DNA of 64,000 bases from the NCBI GenBank assembly GCA_934525065.1, contig CAKSYX010000003.1:27543-91542 (forward strand), given 5' to 3'. Positions 1-7,732 of the stretch are shown piece after piece. The notes beneath the pieces were generated by a model, which was given only the letters and a program-made list of their open reading frames with translations, ran no database searches and was not told the origin of the DNA. Numbering within the stretch: position 1 is the stretch's first letter; each line of letters starts with the position of its first letter. The translations under genes were made by a program, and so were the position numbers. This stretch comes from an uncultured Eubacteriales bacterium. GTDB lineage: Bacteria > Bacillota > Clostridia > Oscillospirales > Acutalibacteraceae.

Positions 1-778
1 CGGCGTCCCAGGTGTTGTGGACGTCGCCCGCGTTCTCAACGCCCTCTGCGTGCCAGAAGGAGTCAAAAGACGTGAGCCGGCTTTCGGCCGGGAAGGCGCA
101 GTTGCGGCTGAAATATGCCCAGTTGGGCTTTACAACTCTTTCATAATCAAGCGCAACGTATTTGTCATTTTTGTTGACAAAGAGCCAGACCGGCATCTGA
201 GCCATGGACTTGAGTTCGCTTCCGGTCGGCTCATAGACCGGAGACATCGGGAACGCCGCGGCAAAGAAATCGGGATAGCTGCTTGCCATGATGATAGTCA
301 TTTTTCCGCCCATTGAATAGCCGCCGATATAAACTCTTGAGGTATCAACATTATCGCTGTTTTTTGAAATGAACCCGTCAATCGTCTTTTTGAGCGGAAT
401 TCTCCTTTCCGGTCCCCACGCAATAACGGGATTGTCGGTCGGACAGCGGGGAAGGAGAAGAAAGGCTCCGTTTACGCCCTCAAAGCGCGACTGGTATTCT
501 TCGCTTGACCAGTTCGCAATGCAGCTGTTGTTGACCTGATGACCCGGATAATCTCCCGAGGAGTTTCCGTGGAGCCAGACAACGAGCGGATATTTTTTTG
601 TGTCGTTCTCGCTTTTTACGGGCGAATAGGCAACGTAATCAAGCGGCGAGGAATCGTCATGATAAAACTGAGTACGCAGAGCGTCAAGTCCTTCGTCAAT
701 GCTCATCGCCGAAGAAGCGAAGCAAAGGCCGCAAAGCAAAACAACAAGGCATACCCCAAAGGCAAAGAATTTTTTCAT
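1..778 (-). CDS. secreted alpha/beta-hydrolase (esterase/S9-peptidase-like), 3' end cut by window edge
   Basis: Absent from the ORF track because it runs off the window. Reverse translation from ATG (776-778) gives signal peptide MKKFFAFGVCLVVLLCGLCFASSA, then ...YPLVVWLHGNSSG... and GGYSMGG (GxSxG nucleophile elbow). Confidence 0.75.
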   Translation of the reverse strand, partial: MKKFFAFGVCLVVLLCGLCFASSAMSIDEGLDALRTQFYHDDSSPLDYVAYSPVKSENDTKKYPLVVWLHGNSSGDYPGHQVNNSCIANWSSEEYQSRFEGVNGAFLLLPRCPTDNPVIAWGPERRIPLKKTIDGFISKNSDNVDTSRVYIGGYSMGGKMTIIMASSYPDFFAAAFPMSPVYEPTGSELKSMAQMPVWLFVNKNDKYVALDYERVVKPNWAYFSRNCAFPAESRLTSFDSFWHAEGVENAGDVHNTWDA

Positions 779-821
779 AAATCACACCTCAAAGACCTGC
801 ACAGACAGATTAGTTGAACTT

Positions 822-850
822 ATTTTAGCTGGATATTCACAATTTGTCAA
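822..850 (-). promoter_or_regulatory. sigma-A-type promoter for the esterase gene
   Basis: Minus strand reads TTGACA (845-850), 17-nt spacer, TAAAAT (822-827). Confidence 0.45.
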
Positions 851-983
851 CATTTGTCATGAAAAATTCAAAACTTTATTTTTTCTTTTTTGGTGCGCAT
901 TATTGCTTTTTCGCCCTTGACCTGTGTGACATTATAATGTATTATTACAGGGATATAACAAAAACAGTTCTAAGGGGATATAT

Positions 984-1658
984 ATGGATAATATTTTTTC
1001 GGGTGAGATACTCGGCATTACACCGTTCAAAAAAGGTTTTGTTCTTGCGGCGAAGGGACAGTCCGCCGACGGAAAAGTCAAGGCGCTTTTTTACGGCTAT
1101 GACGCAGTGAACGATAAATTCACAAGAATCAAAAAAAGCGTATACCTCAAAATCAAGTTCGGCTTTGAATATGAAGATATTGCCGAACAGCTCGGCGACT
1201 ACGTCTCCTGCGACGTCGGCGTTCTCAACGACAACAAAATCATGGCTGTGTTCCCCAACGGAGAATACAACATTTTCAACGTTGACGGTTCGCTGAACGT
1301 CTCCTCACTTTTGACCTACCACGGCTCGCCTGTCTGCGACATCGCGGTCGATTCCTCCTATGTCTGGTGCGCCGTTCCGGGAGAAAACGCCGTCATCAAA
1401 TATTCTCCGCGCGAGGGCAGGATTCTGCTGCGCGTCGGCGGCGGAGAGACGACGGCCTTTGAGCGCCCCTGTGCGGTGACGCTCATGGACAACATTCTTT
1501 ACATATGCAACCAGGCGTCAAAAAAAATACGCACACTGAACATCGCGACCAATTCGGTCAGAGACTACCGCGTTTTCAACGAGAAGGTCTATAAATACGT
1601 CAATGTCGGTTCGCGCGAATTTGTCTGGCTCCAGTCCGGACTGTATTTGCTTGACTGA
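984..1658 (+). CDS. hypothetical protein, possibly beta-propeller/NHL-like C-terminal half
   Basis: 224-aa ORF. RBS AAGGGGA lies 6 nt upstream of the ATG. TTGACC-17-TATTAT lies upstream. No recognisable catalytic motif. Confidence 0.65.
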   Translation: MDNIFSGEILGITPFKKGFVLAAKGQSADGKVKALFYGYDAVNDKFTRIKKSVYLKIKFGFEYEDIAEQLGDYVSCDVGVLNDNKIMAVFPNGEYNIFNVDGSLNVSSLLTYHGSPVCDIAVDSSYVWCAVPGENAVIKYSPREGRILLRVGGGETTAFERPCAVTLMDNILYICNQASKKIRTLNIATNSVRDYRVFNEKVYKYVNVGSREFVWLQSGLYLLD

Positions 1659-1772
1659 GGATTTTTCTGCTCTTGTGTGCCTAAAATATTTCACATTTTC
1701 TTTACAAAACCGTTTTCGGCGTGTATAATAGCACTTAATCAAATGTAATCAATTTTAAGGAGGATATCATTT

Positions 1773-1892
1773 ATGAGCGCAGCAGCAGTTCTTTTCCAGA
1801 AGATTTACTCAATCATTTATAAAATCCTCGCCGCAATCGGCGCAAGCCTTGTCGGCTCCGTTGATGACGATGAAAAGCCCGACAAAATCTGA
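1773..1892 (+). CDS. 39-aa small peptide (amphipathic/hydrophobic helix plus acidic tail)
   Basis: Below the ORF-track size cut-off. AAGGAGGA (1757-1764) lies 8 nt before the ATG. Product is MSAAAVLFQKIYSIIYKILAAIGASLVGSVDDDEKPDKI. A strong hairpin terminator follows directly. Confidence 0.5.
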   Translation: MSAAAVLFQKIYSIIYKILAAIGASLVGSVDDDEKPDKI

Positions 1893-1909
1893 AACCTGAA
1901 TCAAAATCA

Positions 1910-1960
1910 AAAGCTATAACTCACTCGGCGGTGAACGCCGTTTGTGAATTATAGCTTTTT
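1910..1960. terminator. bidirectional rho-independent terminator
   Basis: AAGCTATAACTCAC...GTGAATTATAGCTT long stem with inner CGGCG/CGCCG stem, followed by TTTTTT on the plus strand and a T-rich run on the minus strand. Sits between convergent genes. Confidence 0.7.
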
Positions 1961-1994
1961 TGTTTTGCTCTTTTACCTTCCTGCAAAAGAGATT

Positions 1995-3218
1995 TTATTT
2001 TTGCCGTTTTTTCAGGTAAAACGCAATTGCGGCCGCAGCGTCAAGGACGCAGAAAGCGATCATCAGGTTGTTGAGAACCGTGAGAATTTTGCCGCGGTGC
2101 TGATAGTCCTCGTCGCCGAAGACCGTTATAGGCAGACTCTCGCTGCTTCCGTCAATCCTTTCAACGGAATCGTTTTCAAAAAACCAAAAGCCGTTTTCCT
2201 CCCCGTTTGCATCGACTTCATATTCCTTATAGCGCACACAGTCGAATTCATCCGTGTCGTCCGTTGTCAAAAGTCTCTTGTCATAGCCTTCGGGAACGTT
2301 CCTGTCCTCTTCGTCCTCCGAAATCCAGAGTACATCCTCAAAGTTGTGGTTCCTCATATAGGTCTTAAATTCCTCTGCGGTTTCAAACGTTGTTCCCTTT
2401 GAAAAGCAGGTATACGGGAGGTTATACGCCGTGACGATTCCGGCCGTGAGCACCGCCGCAACCAAAAGGAAAACAACGAACGTTTTAAACGCGAGGGCTG
2501 AGTTGTGGCGATCCTTCTTTGAAAGCTTCAGCTCTTTGCTGAGCTTTTTACTGAATACTGCCGCCGCGCAAAGGCGGACAAACAGAAAAACAAGGACGGG
2601 TATCAGGCACAGCAGCGTTCCGAACTCGCCGAGAAGCCAGAACACAGCGTCTGCGCAGATGCTTGCGGCGATGAACATTGCGCCGTGAAAGGCTTTTGAA
2701 TAGACCGATTTTTTGTATGAGACAACACTCTCTTCGTCAAGCTCGTCCGTATCACCGGGAAAGAGGGCGGCCGTTGTGTAAACGCCGAGGACCACCGCCG
2801 CCGCGATTGAAAGAACAAGCCCCGTTCCGAGTCCGGCTGTCGGATAGCCGGAAAGATAGAGAATCAGGCAGAGCACCACGCCCGCCGCCGCAAGGCCGAA
2901 AACGATCCAGAGCTGTTTTTTGAATTTATTGAGGTTCATTCCGATGAGGTGGCGAAGCTGTTTTTCGCTCCCTTTTTTCTGTATCGGCGCAGTGTCGTCC
3001 GTTTTCTGAAGCTTTTCTCCGCGCAGAATTTCGTCGCAGGTCACACCGAAGATGTCTGCAATGACGGGAATCAGCGTGAGGTCGGGCGCGGCCTCGTCGC
3101 GCTCCCAACGTGAAACTGCCTTGTCTGAAACGCAAAGCCTTTCCGCAAGCTCGCGCTGTGTCATGCCCTGCGATTTTCTGAGAATGGCAATGAATGAGCC
3201 GATGCTTTTCTTTTCCAT
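1995..3218 (-). CDS. membrane-anchored XRE-family HTH transcriptional regulator
   Basis: N-terminus SFIAILRKSQGMTQRELAERLCVSDKAVSRWERDEAAPD is a classic Cro/C1 HTH. Several hydrophobic helices and a C-terminal TM segment follow. Confidence 0.75.
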   Translation of the reverse strand: MEKKSIGSFIAILRKSQGMTQRELAERLCVSDKAVSRWERDEAAPDLTLIPVIADIFGVTCDEILRGEKLQKTDDTAPIQKKGSEKQLRHLIGMNLNKFKKQLWIVFGLAAAGVVLCLILYLSGYPTAGLGTGLVLSIAAAVVLGVYTTAALFPGDTDELDEESVVSYKKSVYSKAFHGAMFIAASICADAVFWLLGEFGTLLCLIPVLVFLFVRLCAAAVFSKKLSKELKLSKKDRHNSALAFKTFVVFLLVAAVLTAGIVTAYNLPYTCFSKGTTFETAEEFKTYMRNHNFEDVLWISEDEEDRNVPEGYDKRLLTTDDTDEFDCVRYKEYEVDANGEENGFWFFENDSVERIDGSSESLPITVFGDEDYQHRGKILTVLNNLMIAFCVLDAAAAIAFYLKKRQK

Positions 3219-3390
3219 AGTTACAGGTTACTCCTTTGAGTGGATTTGCCGCGAAAGTCTTTAGCTTTCAGCCTGACTTTCTGCCCCGATTCTACCATCC
3301 CGGGAGAAAAAAATACAGCCCCCAGACCGAAAATCTCTCTCGCAAAGCGAGAATCAAATAGTTTTTATCAAAATTCAGAATTTTAAAACA

Positions 3391-3430
3391 AAAAAAATAG
3401 GGCTGCTTTGCTCCTTTTGCAAAACAGCCC
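3391..3430 (-). terminator. rho-independent terminator closing the phage-derived cassette
   Basis: Minus strand reads GGGCTG...CAGCCC stem followed by TATTTTTTTT. Confidence 0.6.
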
Positions 3431-3438
3431 ACAAAAAA

Positions 3439-3753
3439 TCATGCGCCGGTCTTTGCCGTGCTTTCTTTAAGCTTGTAGACCTCGCTTTCGATGAGAGCGG
3501 TCACCTCGTCAACGTCAAAAACAAGTCCTTTTGAAAGCAGAAAGCCGAGAACATAGTCCTTTTTCTTTGCTCCGGCTTTTTCGGTATTTCTGAAAAGCTG
3601 CTCCGCCGCTTTGACGGCGACGGAAAGCCAAAACTCAAGCCTTTCCTTCTTTTCCGCCGTCAGCCTTGAGCGAACGAACGGAATCAGAAAGCCGGTCAGC
3701 ACCGCAGAAATGACGGTGACTGCAATTTCAATAATAATTGTAATATCCTTCAT
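3439..3753 (-). CDS. phage holin-like protein (LL-H-type architecture)
   Basis: Start moved to the internal ATG at 3753, which has RBS AGGGAG. Product MKDITIIIEIAVTVISAVLTGFLIPFV has one N-terminal TM helix followed by a charged region. It is the last gene of the lysis module. Confidence 0.5.
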   Translation of the reverse strand: MKDITIIIEIAVTVISAVLTGFLIPFVRSRLTAEKKERLEFWLSVAVKAAEQLFRNTEKAGAKKKDYVLGFLLSKGLVFDVDEVTALIESEVYKLKESTAKTGA

Positions 3754-3766
3754 GTTTTTTCTCCCT

Positions 3767-4012
3767 TCATTGCAAAGCCTTGCCTTCAAGACTTTTAATT
3801 CTTCTTTCAAGTTCGGCAAAACGCTGTTCAAGCAGCTCTTCGCCCTTTTCAAGGTCATATGTGCGCTCAATCACGCTGTTGTGTTTTTCAACCTTCTTTT
3901 CAAGCTGCTCAAGGCGGTAGCTTGTCAGCTTGCCCGAGGTTAGTATTCCGCCGAATGTTCCGGCGAGGGTGCCGATGAGCGTGACGAGCGAAACGATTAC
4001 GGTGTCGTTCAC
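3767..4012 (-). CDS. small membrane protein with coiled coil (lysis-module accessory/holin-like)
   Basis: The GTG start overlaps the lysin stop (GTGA). N-terminal TM helix VIVSLVTLIGTLAGTFGGIL, then a heptad-like charged helix. Confidence 0.5.
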   Translation of the reverse strand: MNDTVIVSLVTLIGTLAGTFGGILTSGKLTSYRLEQLEKKVEKHNSVIERTYDLEKGEELLEQRFAELERRIKSLEGKALQ

Positions 4013-4716
4013 CTGACCACCTCGCAGTAATCAAGGCACACCCAGCCGCTCGGCGTTCTGCCCCAGTTATTTTTTACTTCGTAAACCGTAAAAGTCAGGC
4101 CGCGTACATAGCCGTTCGCCCTGTAGCCGCAGAGGGCAAGAATTTTCTTCTGCGCATCAGCGGTAAGCTGCGAAAACTTTTTCGCGCCGTACTTCGTTCC
4201 TGCGCCTTTTCGGACATTAAGGACATCGGCCTTCGTGACTTTGTAATTGCCGGTTTTGTACGTTTTCTTTTCGTTCGGTGCTACGTACTCATCTTTGTAC
4301 CATTTTTCGGCGTCAAGCCAATCACCACCGGAGAGACGTTTCAGACCCAGATGCAGGTGGATACCCGTTGCCCTGCCTGTCATTCCGGTTGTGCCGAGCA
4401 CGGTGTTTTTGTCGACGTACTGACCCGACTTGACCTTGATTGTGTCGAGGTGGTAATGCAGCATTTTTACACCGAGACGCGGATATTTGACCCAGACATA
4501 TTTTGCGCCGCTGTAAGCCCAATCGCGGCCGCAAGAGAGCACAACGCCGTCCTCGATTGCGTACTGCGGTTTTTTCCTGCCGTTTGTGCCGTAGTCCACG
4601 CCCGAATGAAAGCTTCCGGTTAAACCGGCCGCAGTGCCGAAGCTTTTGCGCGGACCGAAGGGCGATGTGATGTAGATGTCGTCTTCATGAAAAATGAGTT
4701 CTGAGAGTTTGCTAAT
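4009..4716 (-). CDS. M23 (lysostaphin-like) metallopeptidase with C-terminal bacterial SH3 domain; endolysin or bacteriolysin; start codon unresolved
   Basis: HLH motif (GIHLHLG) and SH3-like tail (YKVTKADVLNVRKGAG...WGRTPSGWV). The FHSGVDYG (HxxxD) zinc-ligand motif is encoded at 4588-4611, upstream of the first canonical start (GTG 4597-4599). The frame is open back to 4722. The end given assumes an ATT start at 4714-4716. Confidence 0.6.
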   Translation of the reverse strand: MSKLSELIFHEDDIYITSPFGPRKSFGTAAGLTGSFHSGVDYGTNGRKKPQYAIEDGVVLSCGRDWAYSGAKYVWVKYPRLGVKMLHYHLDTIKVKSGQYVDKNTVLGTTGMTGRATGIHLHLGLKRLSGGDWLDAEKWYKDEYVAPNEKKTYKTGNYKVTKADVLNVRKGAGTKYGAKKFSQLTADAQKKILALCGYRANGYVRGLTFTVYEVKNNWGRTPSGWVCLDYCEVVR

Positions 4717-4770
4717 TTTTGATCATATCCTTTCGTAAAACTAATTGATATCGGCAAAGTCTCTTTCGGT

Positions 4771-5589
4771 TCATATTGCAACGATTTTATCAGCATAAGC
4801 CGACCAGTTTTCGGCCGCTTTCCATTCATCAAGAAGCGCCTGCGGAACCTTAATTTGAAGATCCGAAGCGCACTGAGAAAAGACGTTGCTTCTTTCAAGA
4901 ATCGGAACGCGACTGTTTGAGGGAAAGCTGATTTGAGAAAGCGAGCTGCAGCCGCGGAAAGCAGTGTTGCTTTCAATCTTATAGATGTTACCCAAAAATG
5001 TTACCGAAGTCAGCGACGAACAGTTTTTGAACATCCACGGTTTGATGAAAAGAACGCCCTGCGGAACAGTCAGCGATTCAAGCGACGAACAGCCGGAAAA
5101 CATTCCCTCTTCTCCGCCGCCGAGCGAAGAAGGAAGCAGCAGCGACGTGAGACCGGAGCAGTTTTCAAAGGCATATTTTCCGATGGAGCGAACTGCGTCA
5201 TGAATTGATATCTCTGTCAGGGAAGAGCCGCTGAAGGCGTATTCGCTGATTGTGACCACGCCCTGCGGAACCGTCAGGCTTTTGAGCTTTTGGCAGCCGG
5301 TGATTACCCTTGAGCCGATTCTATATATGCTGTTCGGAAGAACAAGGCTTGAAAGTTGGAAACAGTCGGCGAATGCATAATTGCCGACCATCTGCGTTCC
5401 GTCCGGAACGGTTATTGAAGAAGCCGACTTGTCGAGCAGTTTGATAAGCGTGCTGTTGTCGCCGCCCGAAAGAGCCGTGATTTCCGTGTCGAAGTTTGCG
5501 GCGGGAATCTCGGCTGTGCTGTTCTTTTTGGCTTTGATTGCTGTTGCAATGTCAGCCAGAAAATTTGTCAGTGTGTCTGTTCTTGCCAT
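4771..5589 (-). CDS. leucine-rich-repeat (BspA-type) protein, phage tail-fibre/receptor-binding-like
   Basis: Repeats of the form ...I..YAF..C..L.S...P..V..I... occur about six times. The start overlaps the stop of the upstream fibre gene. Confidence 0.65.
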   Translation of the reverse strand: MARTDTLTNFLADIATAIKAKKNSTAEIPAANFDTEITALSGGDNSTLIKLLDKSASSITVPDGTQMVGNYAFADCFQLSSLVLPNSIYRIGSRVITGCQKLKSLTVPQGVVTISEYAFSGSSLTEISIHDAVRSIGKYAFENCSGLTSLLLPSSLGGGEEGMFSGCSSLESLTVPQGVLFIKPWMFKNCSSLTSVTFLGNIYKIESNTAFRGCSSLSQISFPSNSRVPILERSNVFSQCASDLQIKVPQALLDEWKAAENWSAYADKIVAI

Positions 5590-6401
5590 CAGTAGCTGCC
5601 TCCCAACGCCGTTCCGATTGCGGCTTTGATTGCGTCATAAACGCATTTTGCACCCGGCGCGGCTGAATTTGTTGAAGAAGCCGAAAGAGCCGTAACAAGC
5701 GGCGGCATACTTCCGGTATCTCCCTTTTCGCCTTTTTCACCCTTCTCGCCCTGTGCGCCTTTTTCGCCTTGTGCACCTTTTTCGCCGGTGTCTCCCTTTT
5801 CACCTTTGGCTCCGGTGTCGCCTTTTTCGCCCTTTTCACCTTTTTCGCCTTTGACTGTACCTGCGGTGAGAACAGAGCCGTTTGAAAGGGTGAGCCTGAG
5901 CTTTCCTTCGTTGTCGATTGCCGCCGTGCTGACCGAAACGCCGTCATAGAGCGCAAGCGAGGTTGAGGTGCCGTTTGAGAAGGATATCTTCATTCCGCTC
6001 TCCGTGCGCTCAATTTTTTCAATCTGCCTAAGATCAAGCGAGTTGATGAGGGCAAGAAGACTCTCATACTGCTCGTCTGTCAGCTCACCGACAGGCTCAC
6101 CCGGGCAGTCTTTGACCGAAAGCACACAGCCGACATCAGCCGTTGTTGAAGCAAGCGCGTCTGAATAAACACCGATTCCGAGGCATTCGCAGGGCGGAAT
6201 CTTCGGCATGGTCACCGTGTTTCCGGAAAAGGCAACATCGGTATACTGCGAGTCAAAAATAAACCGCGCCGTTCTGACCGTGTGCGCGTCCCATTCGTTG
6301 TCAAAGTCAAAGCTTACCGTGTAGTTTGCGTTTGAAGAAACAAGGTATCTTTTTTTGCAGGTTGCGATTTTTGAAGAAATTTTGATTTGAATGTCAGGCA
6401 T
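5589..6401 (-). CDS. collagen-like (Gly-X-Y) repeat protein, phage tail-fibre-like
   Basis: GEKGEKGEKGDTGAKGEKGDTGEKGAQGEKGAQGEKGEKGEKGDTG triple-helix repeat. Start set at the internal ATG (6401), which has RBS AGGAGGAAATA. Confidence 0.65.
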   Translation of the reverse strand: MPDIQIKISSKIATCKKRYLVSSNANYTVSFDFDNEWDAHTVRTARFIFDSQYTDVAFSGNTVTMPKIPPCECLGIGVYSDALASTTADVGCVLSVKDCPGEPVGELTDEQYESLLALINSLDLRQIEKIERTESGMKISFSNGTSTSLALYDGVSVSTAAIDNEGKLRLTLSNGSVLTAGTVKGEKGEKGEKGDTGAKGEKGDTGEKGAQGEKGAQGEKGEKGEKGDTGSMPPLVTALSASSTNSAAPGAKCVYDAIKAAIGTALGGSY

Positions 6402-6445
6402 TATTTCCTCCTGTTGAATGTGAATTTGCGGCTTCACATATATAA

Positions 6446-6474
6446 ATTTTACAGACGAAAATTGCATTTGTCAA
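6446..6474 (-). promoter_or_regulatory. consensus sigma-A promoter driving the phage-derived cassette
   Basis: Minus strand reads TTGACA (6469-6474), 17 nt, TAAAAT (6446-6451), about 45 nt upstream of the ATG at 6401. Confidence 0.6.
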
Positions 6475-6482
6475 TGTTTTTT

Positions 6483-6496
6483 CGAACATTTGTTCG
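6483..6496. promoter_or_regulatory. LexA/SOS (Cheo) box
   Basis: CGAACATTTGTTCG fits the Gram-positive consensus CGAAC-N4-GTTCG perfectly. It is embedded in a 9+9 palindrome TTTTCGAAC-ATTT-GTTCGAAAA (6479-6500) between two divergent promoters. Confidence 0.6.
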
Positions 6497-6523
6497 AAAA
6501 GTTTTCATAAAATCTCCTTCGAT

Positions 6524-6552
6524 TTGACAAACACCGCAATCGGCGTTATAAT
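6524..6552 (+). promoter_or_regulatory. consensus sigma-A promoter for the yabE-like gene
   Basis: TTGACA (6524-6529), 17 nt, TATAAT (6547-6552). The ORF-track start at 6524 is the -35 hexamer itself. Confidence 0.65.
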
Positions 6553-6616
6553 TTTGCGGTATGCTCGGACGAAGCCGATGCTTGCTGCGTCTGATTTTAA
6601 AGGCAGGGAGGTTCTT

Positions 6617-7732
6617 TTGTTGAAGCTTTCGTTTCAGGAACGCGGAAAAAGCTTTGCCGTCACAAGGCTTGCCGGAATTTTGCTTTCGCTTTCGGTCGTC
6701 ACGGTTTTTGCCTATCTCGTCTTTTCGGTTCAGGGTGCTTATGATTACTGCATAAAAAGCCGTTCGGAAAACGAAACTGCTCAGGCCGTCTGTGCAGAAA
6801 TGCAGGACGCCGTTGCCGCTCTCGGCGACTACCTTTCGCAGCAGGCAAAGGACGAAAGTGCAGACCACAAAAGCGTCAAGGGAACAAAAAAGCCCTCTGC
6901 ACTCCACCTCGGAGTCGGAAAAAATTACGGCGTTACCCTAATTGCCGACGGAAAAAAGCAAAAATTTTCCGTTAATTCCGGAACTGTCGGCGACCTTTTG
7001 GAGGAGGCCGGGCTCACCGTTGGAGAAAACGACCGTCTGAACCACAAGACTGATTCAATTTTGAAAAAGGGGATGACCGTTCGTTTGCAGCGCGTCACCT
7101 TCGGCTTGAGAACAGAACGCGTCAGCGTTGACTATAAAACGAAAAAGAAAAAGAATTCCGAAATGTACCTCGGCGAAATGTACCTTGAAAGCGAAGGAAA
7201 AAACGGCGAACGCGAGGATACTTATATTGATATTCTTGTTGACGGCGCGGTTGAAAAAAGCAAACGCATCCTTTCAAAAACGCTAAAAAATGCTGTTGAC
7301 GAGGTGATTCAAACCGGAACGAAAAAGCGCGTTGTCAAAAAGGGAGCTGTCGGTGTTAACGGCTATAACGGACTGAGAGCTTTTTCGGAGCTACCGGCAA
7401 AGGTCAAGTTTGAGCTTGACGAAAACGGAAAGCCCACTGAATATAAACAAAAAATCGTCGGCTCCGCAACGGCATATTACGGCGGAGGAATCACGGCAAC
7501 GGGTCAAACCGCAATGCCGGGCAGGGTTGCCGTTGACCCAAGGGAGATTCCCTACGGCTCAAAGCTTTATATCGTCTCCTGCGACGGCAGATTTGTTTAT
7601 GGCTACTGCGAAGCAAGCGACACGGGCGGTTTCATTTATAACAGTCCGACTGTTGTTGACCTTTATTTTCATACCTTTGCCGAATGCTCTGCCTTCGGCA
7701 GAAGAAACGTTGAAATCTATGTTCTTGAATGA
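6617..7732 (+). CDS. yabE: YabE/RpfB-like cell-wall protein (TM anchor, DUF348-like, G5, 3D domain)
   Basis: TTG start at 6617 or 6620, after GGGAGG (6606-6611). C-terminus GSATAYYGGGITATGQTAMPGRVAVDPREIPYGSKLYI...ASDTGG is a 3D-domain signature. A G5-like segment precedes it. Confidence 0.75.
   Translation: MLKLSFQERGKSFAVTRLAGILLSLSVVTVFAYLVFSVQGAYDYCIKSRSENETAQAVCAEMQDAVAALGDYLSQQAKDESADHKSVKGTKKPSALHLGVGKNYGVTLIADGKKQKFSVNSGTVGDLLEEAGLTVGENDRLNHKTDSILKKGMTVRLQRVTFGLRTERVSVDYKTKKKKNSEMYLGEMYLESEGKNGEREDTYIDILVDGAVEKSKRILSKTLKNAVDEVIQTGTKKRVVKKGAVGVNGYNGLRAFSELPAKVKFELDENGKPTEYKQKIVGSATAYYGGGITATGQTAMPGRVAVDPREIPYGSKLYIVSCDGRFVYGYCEASDTGGFIYNSPTVVDLYFHTFAECSAFGRRNVEIYVLE

Larger units (their letters stand above)
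3439..6401 (-). mobile_element. prophage remnant / domesticated phage tail-fibre plus lysis cassette (5 genes)
   Basis: Contiguous, translationally coupled genes: collagen-like fibre, LRR fibre, M23+SH3 lysin and two small membrane proteins. No capsid, portal, terminase, tail-tube, integrase or repressor genes on either side. Confidence 0.55.

Noticed and set aside
4712-4727. Programmed frameshift from the 4-codon ORF (ATG ATC AAA AAT TAG) into the M23 frame
   Set aside because: The required shift is +1. The sequence offers no cognate re-pairing (AAU to AUU) and no recognised slippery heptamer in the correct register. A rare start codon or a mutation is simpler.
5700-5870. Short-period DNA repeat (ggagaaaaaggc-like) that could be mistaken for a tandem repeat or CRISPR-like array
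   Set aside because: It is the coding sequence of the Gly-X-Y collagen-like region of the fibre protein. It has 9-nt periodicity and no spacers.
6524-6616. TTG start at 6524 for the yabE-like ORF
   Set aside because: Position 6524 is the first base of a TTGACA -35 hexamer, with TATAAT 17 nt later. GGGAGG at 6606-6611 supports a TTG start at 6617 or 6620, just before the TM anchor.
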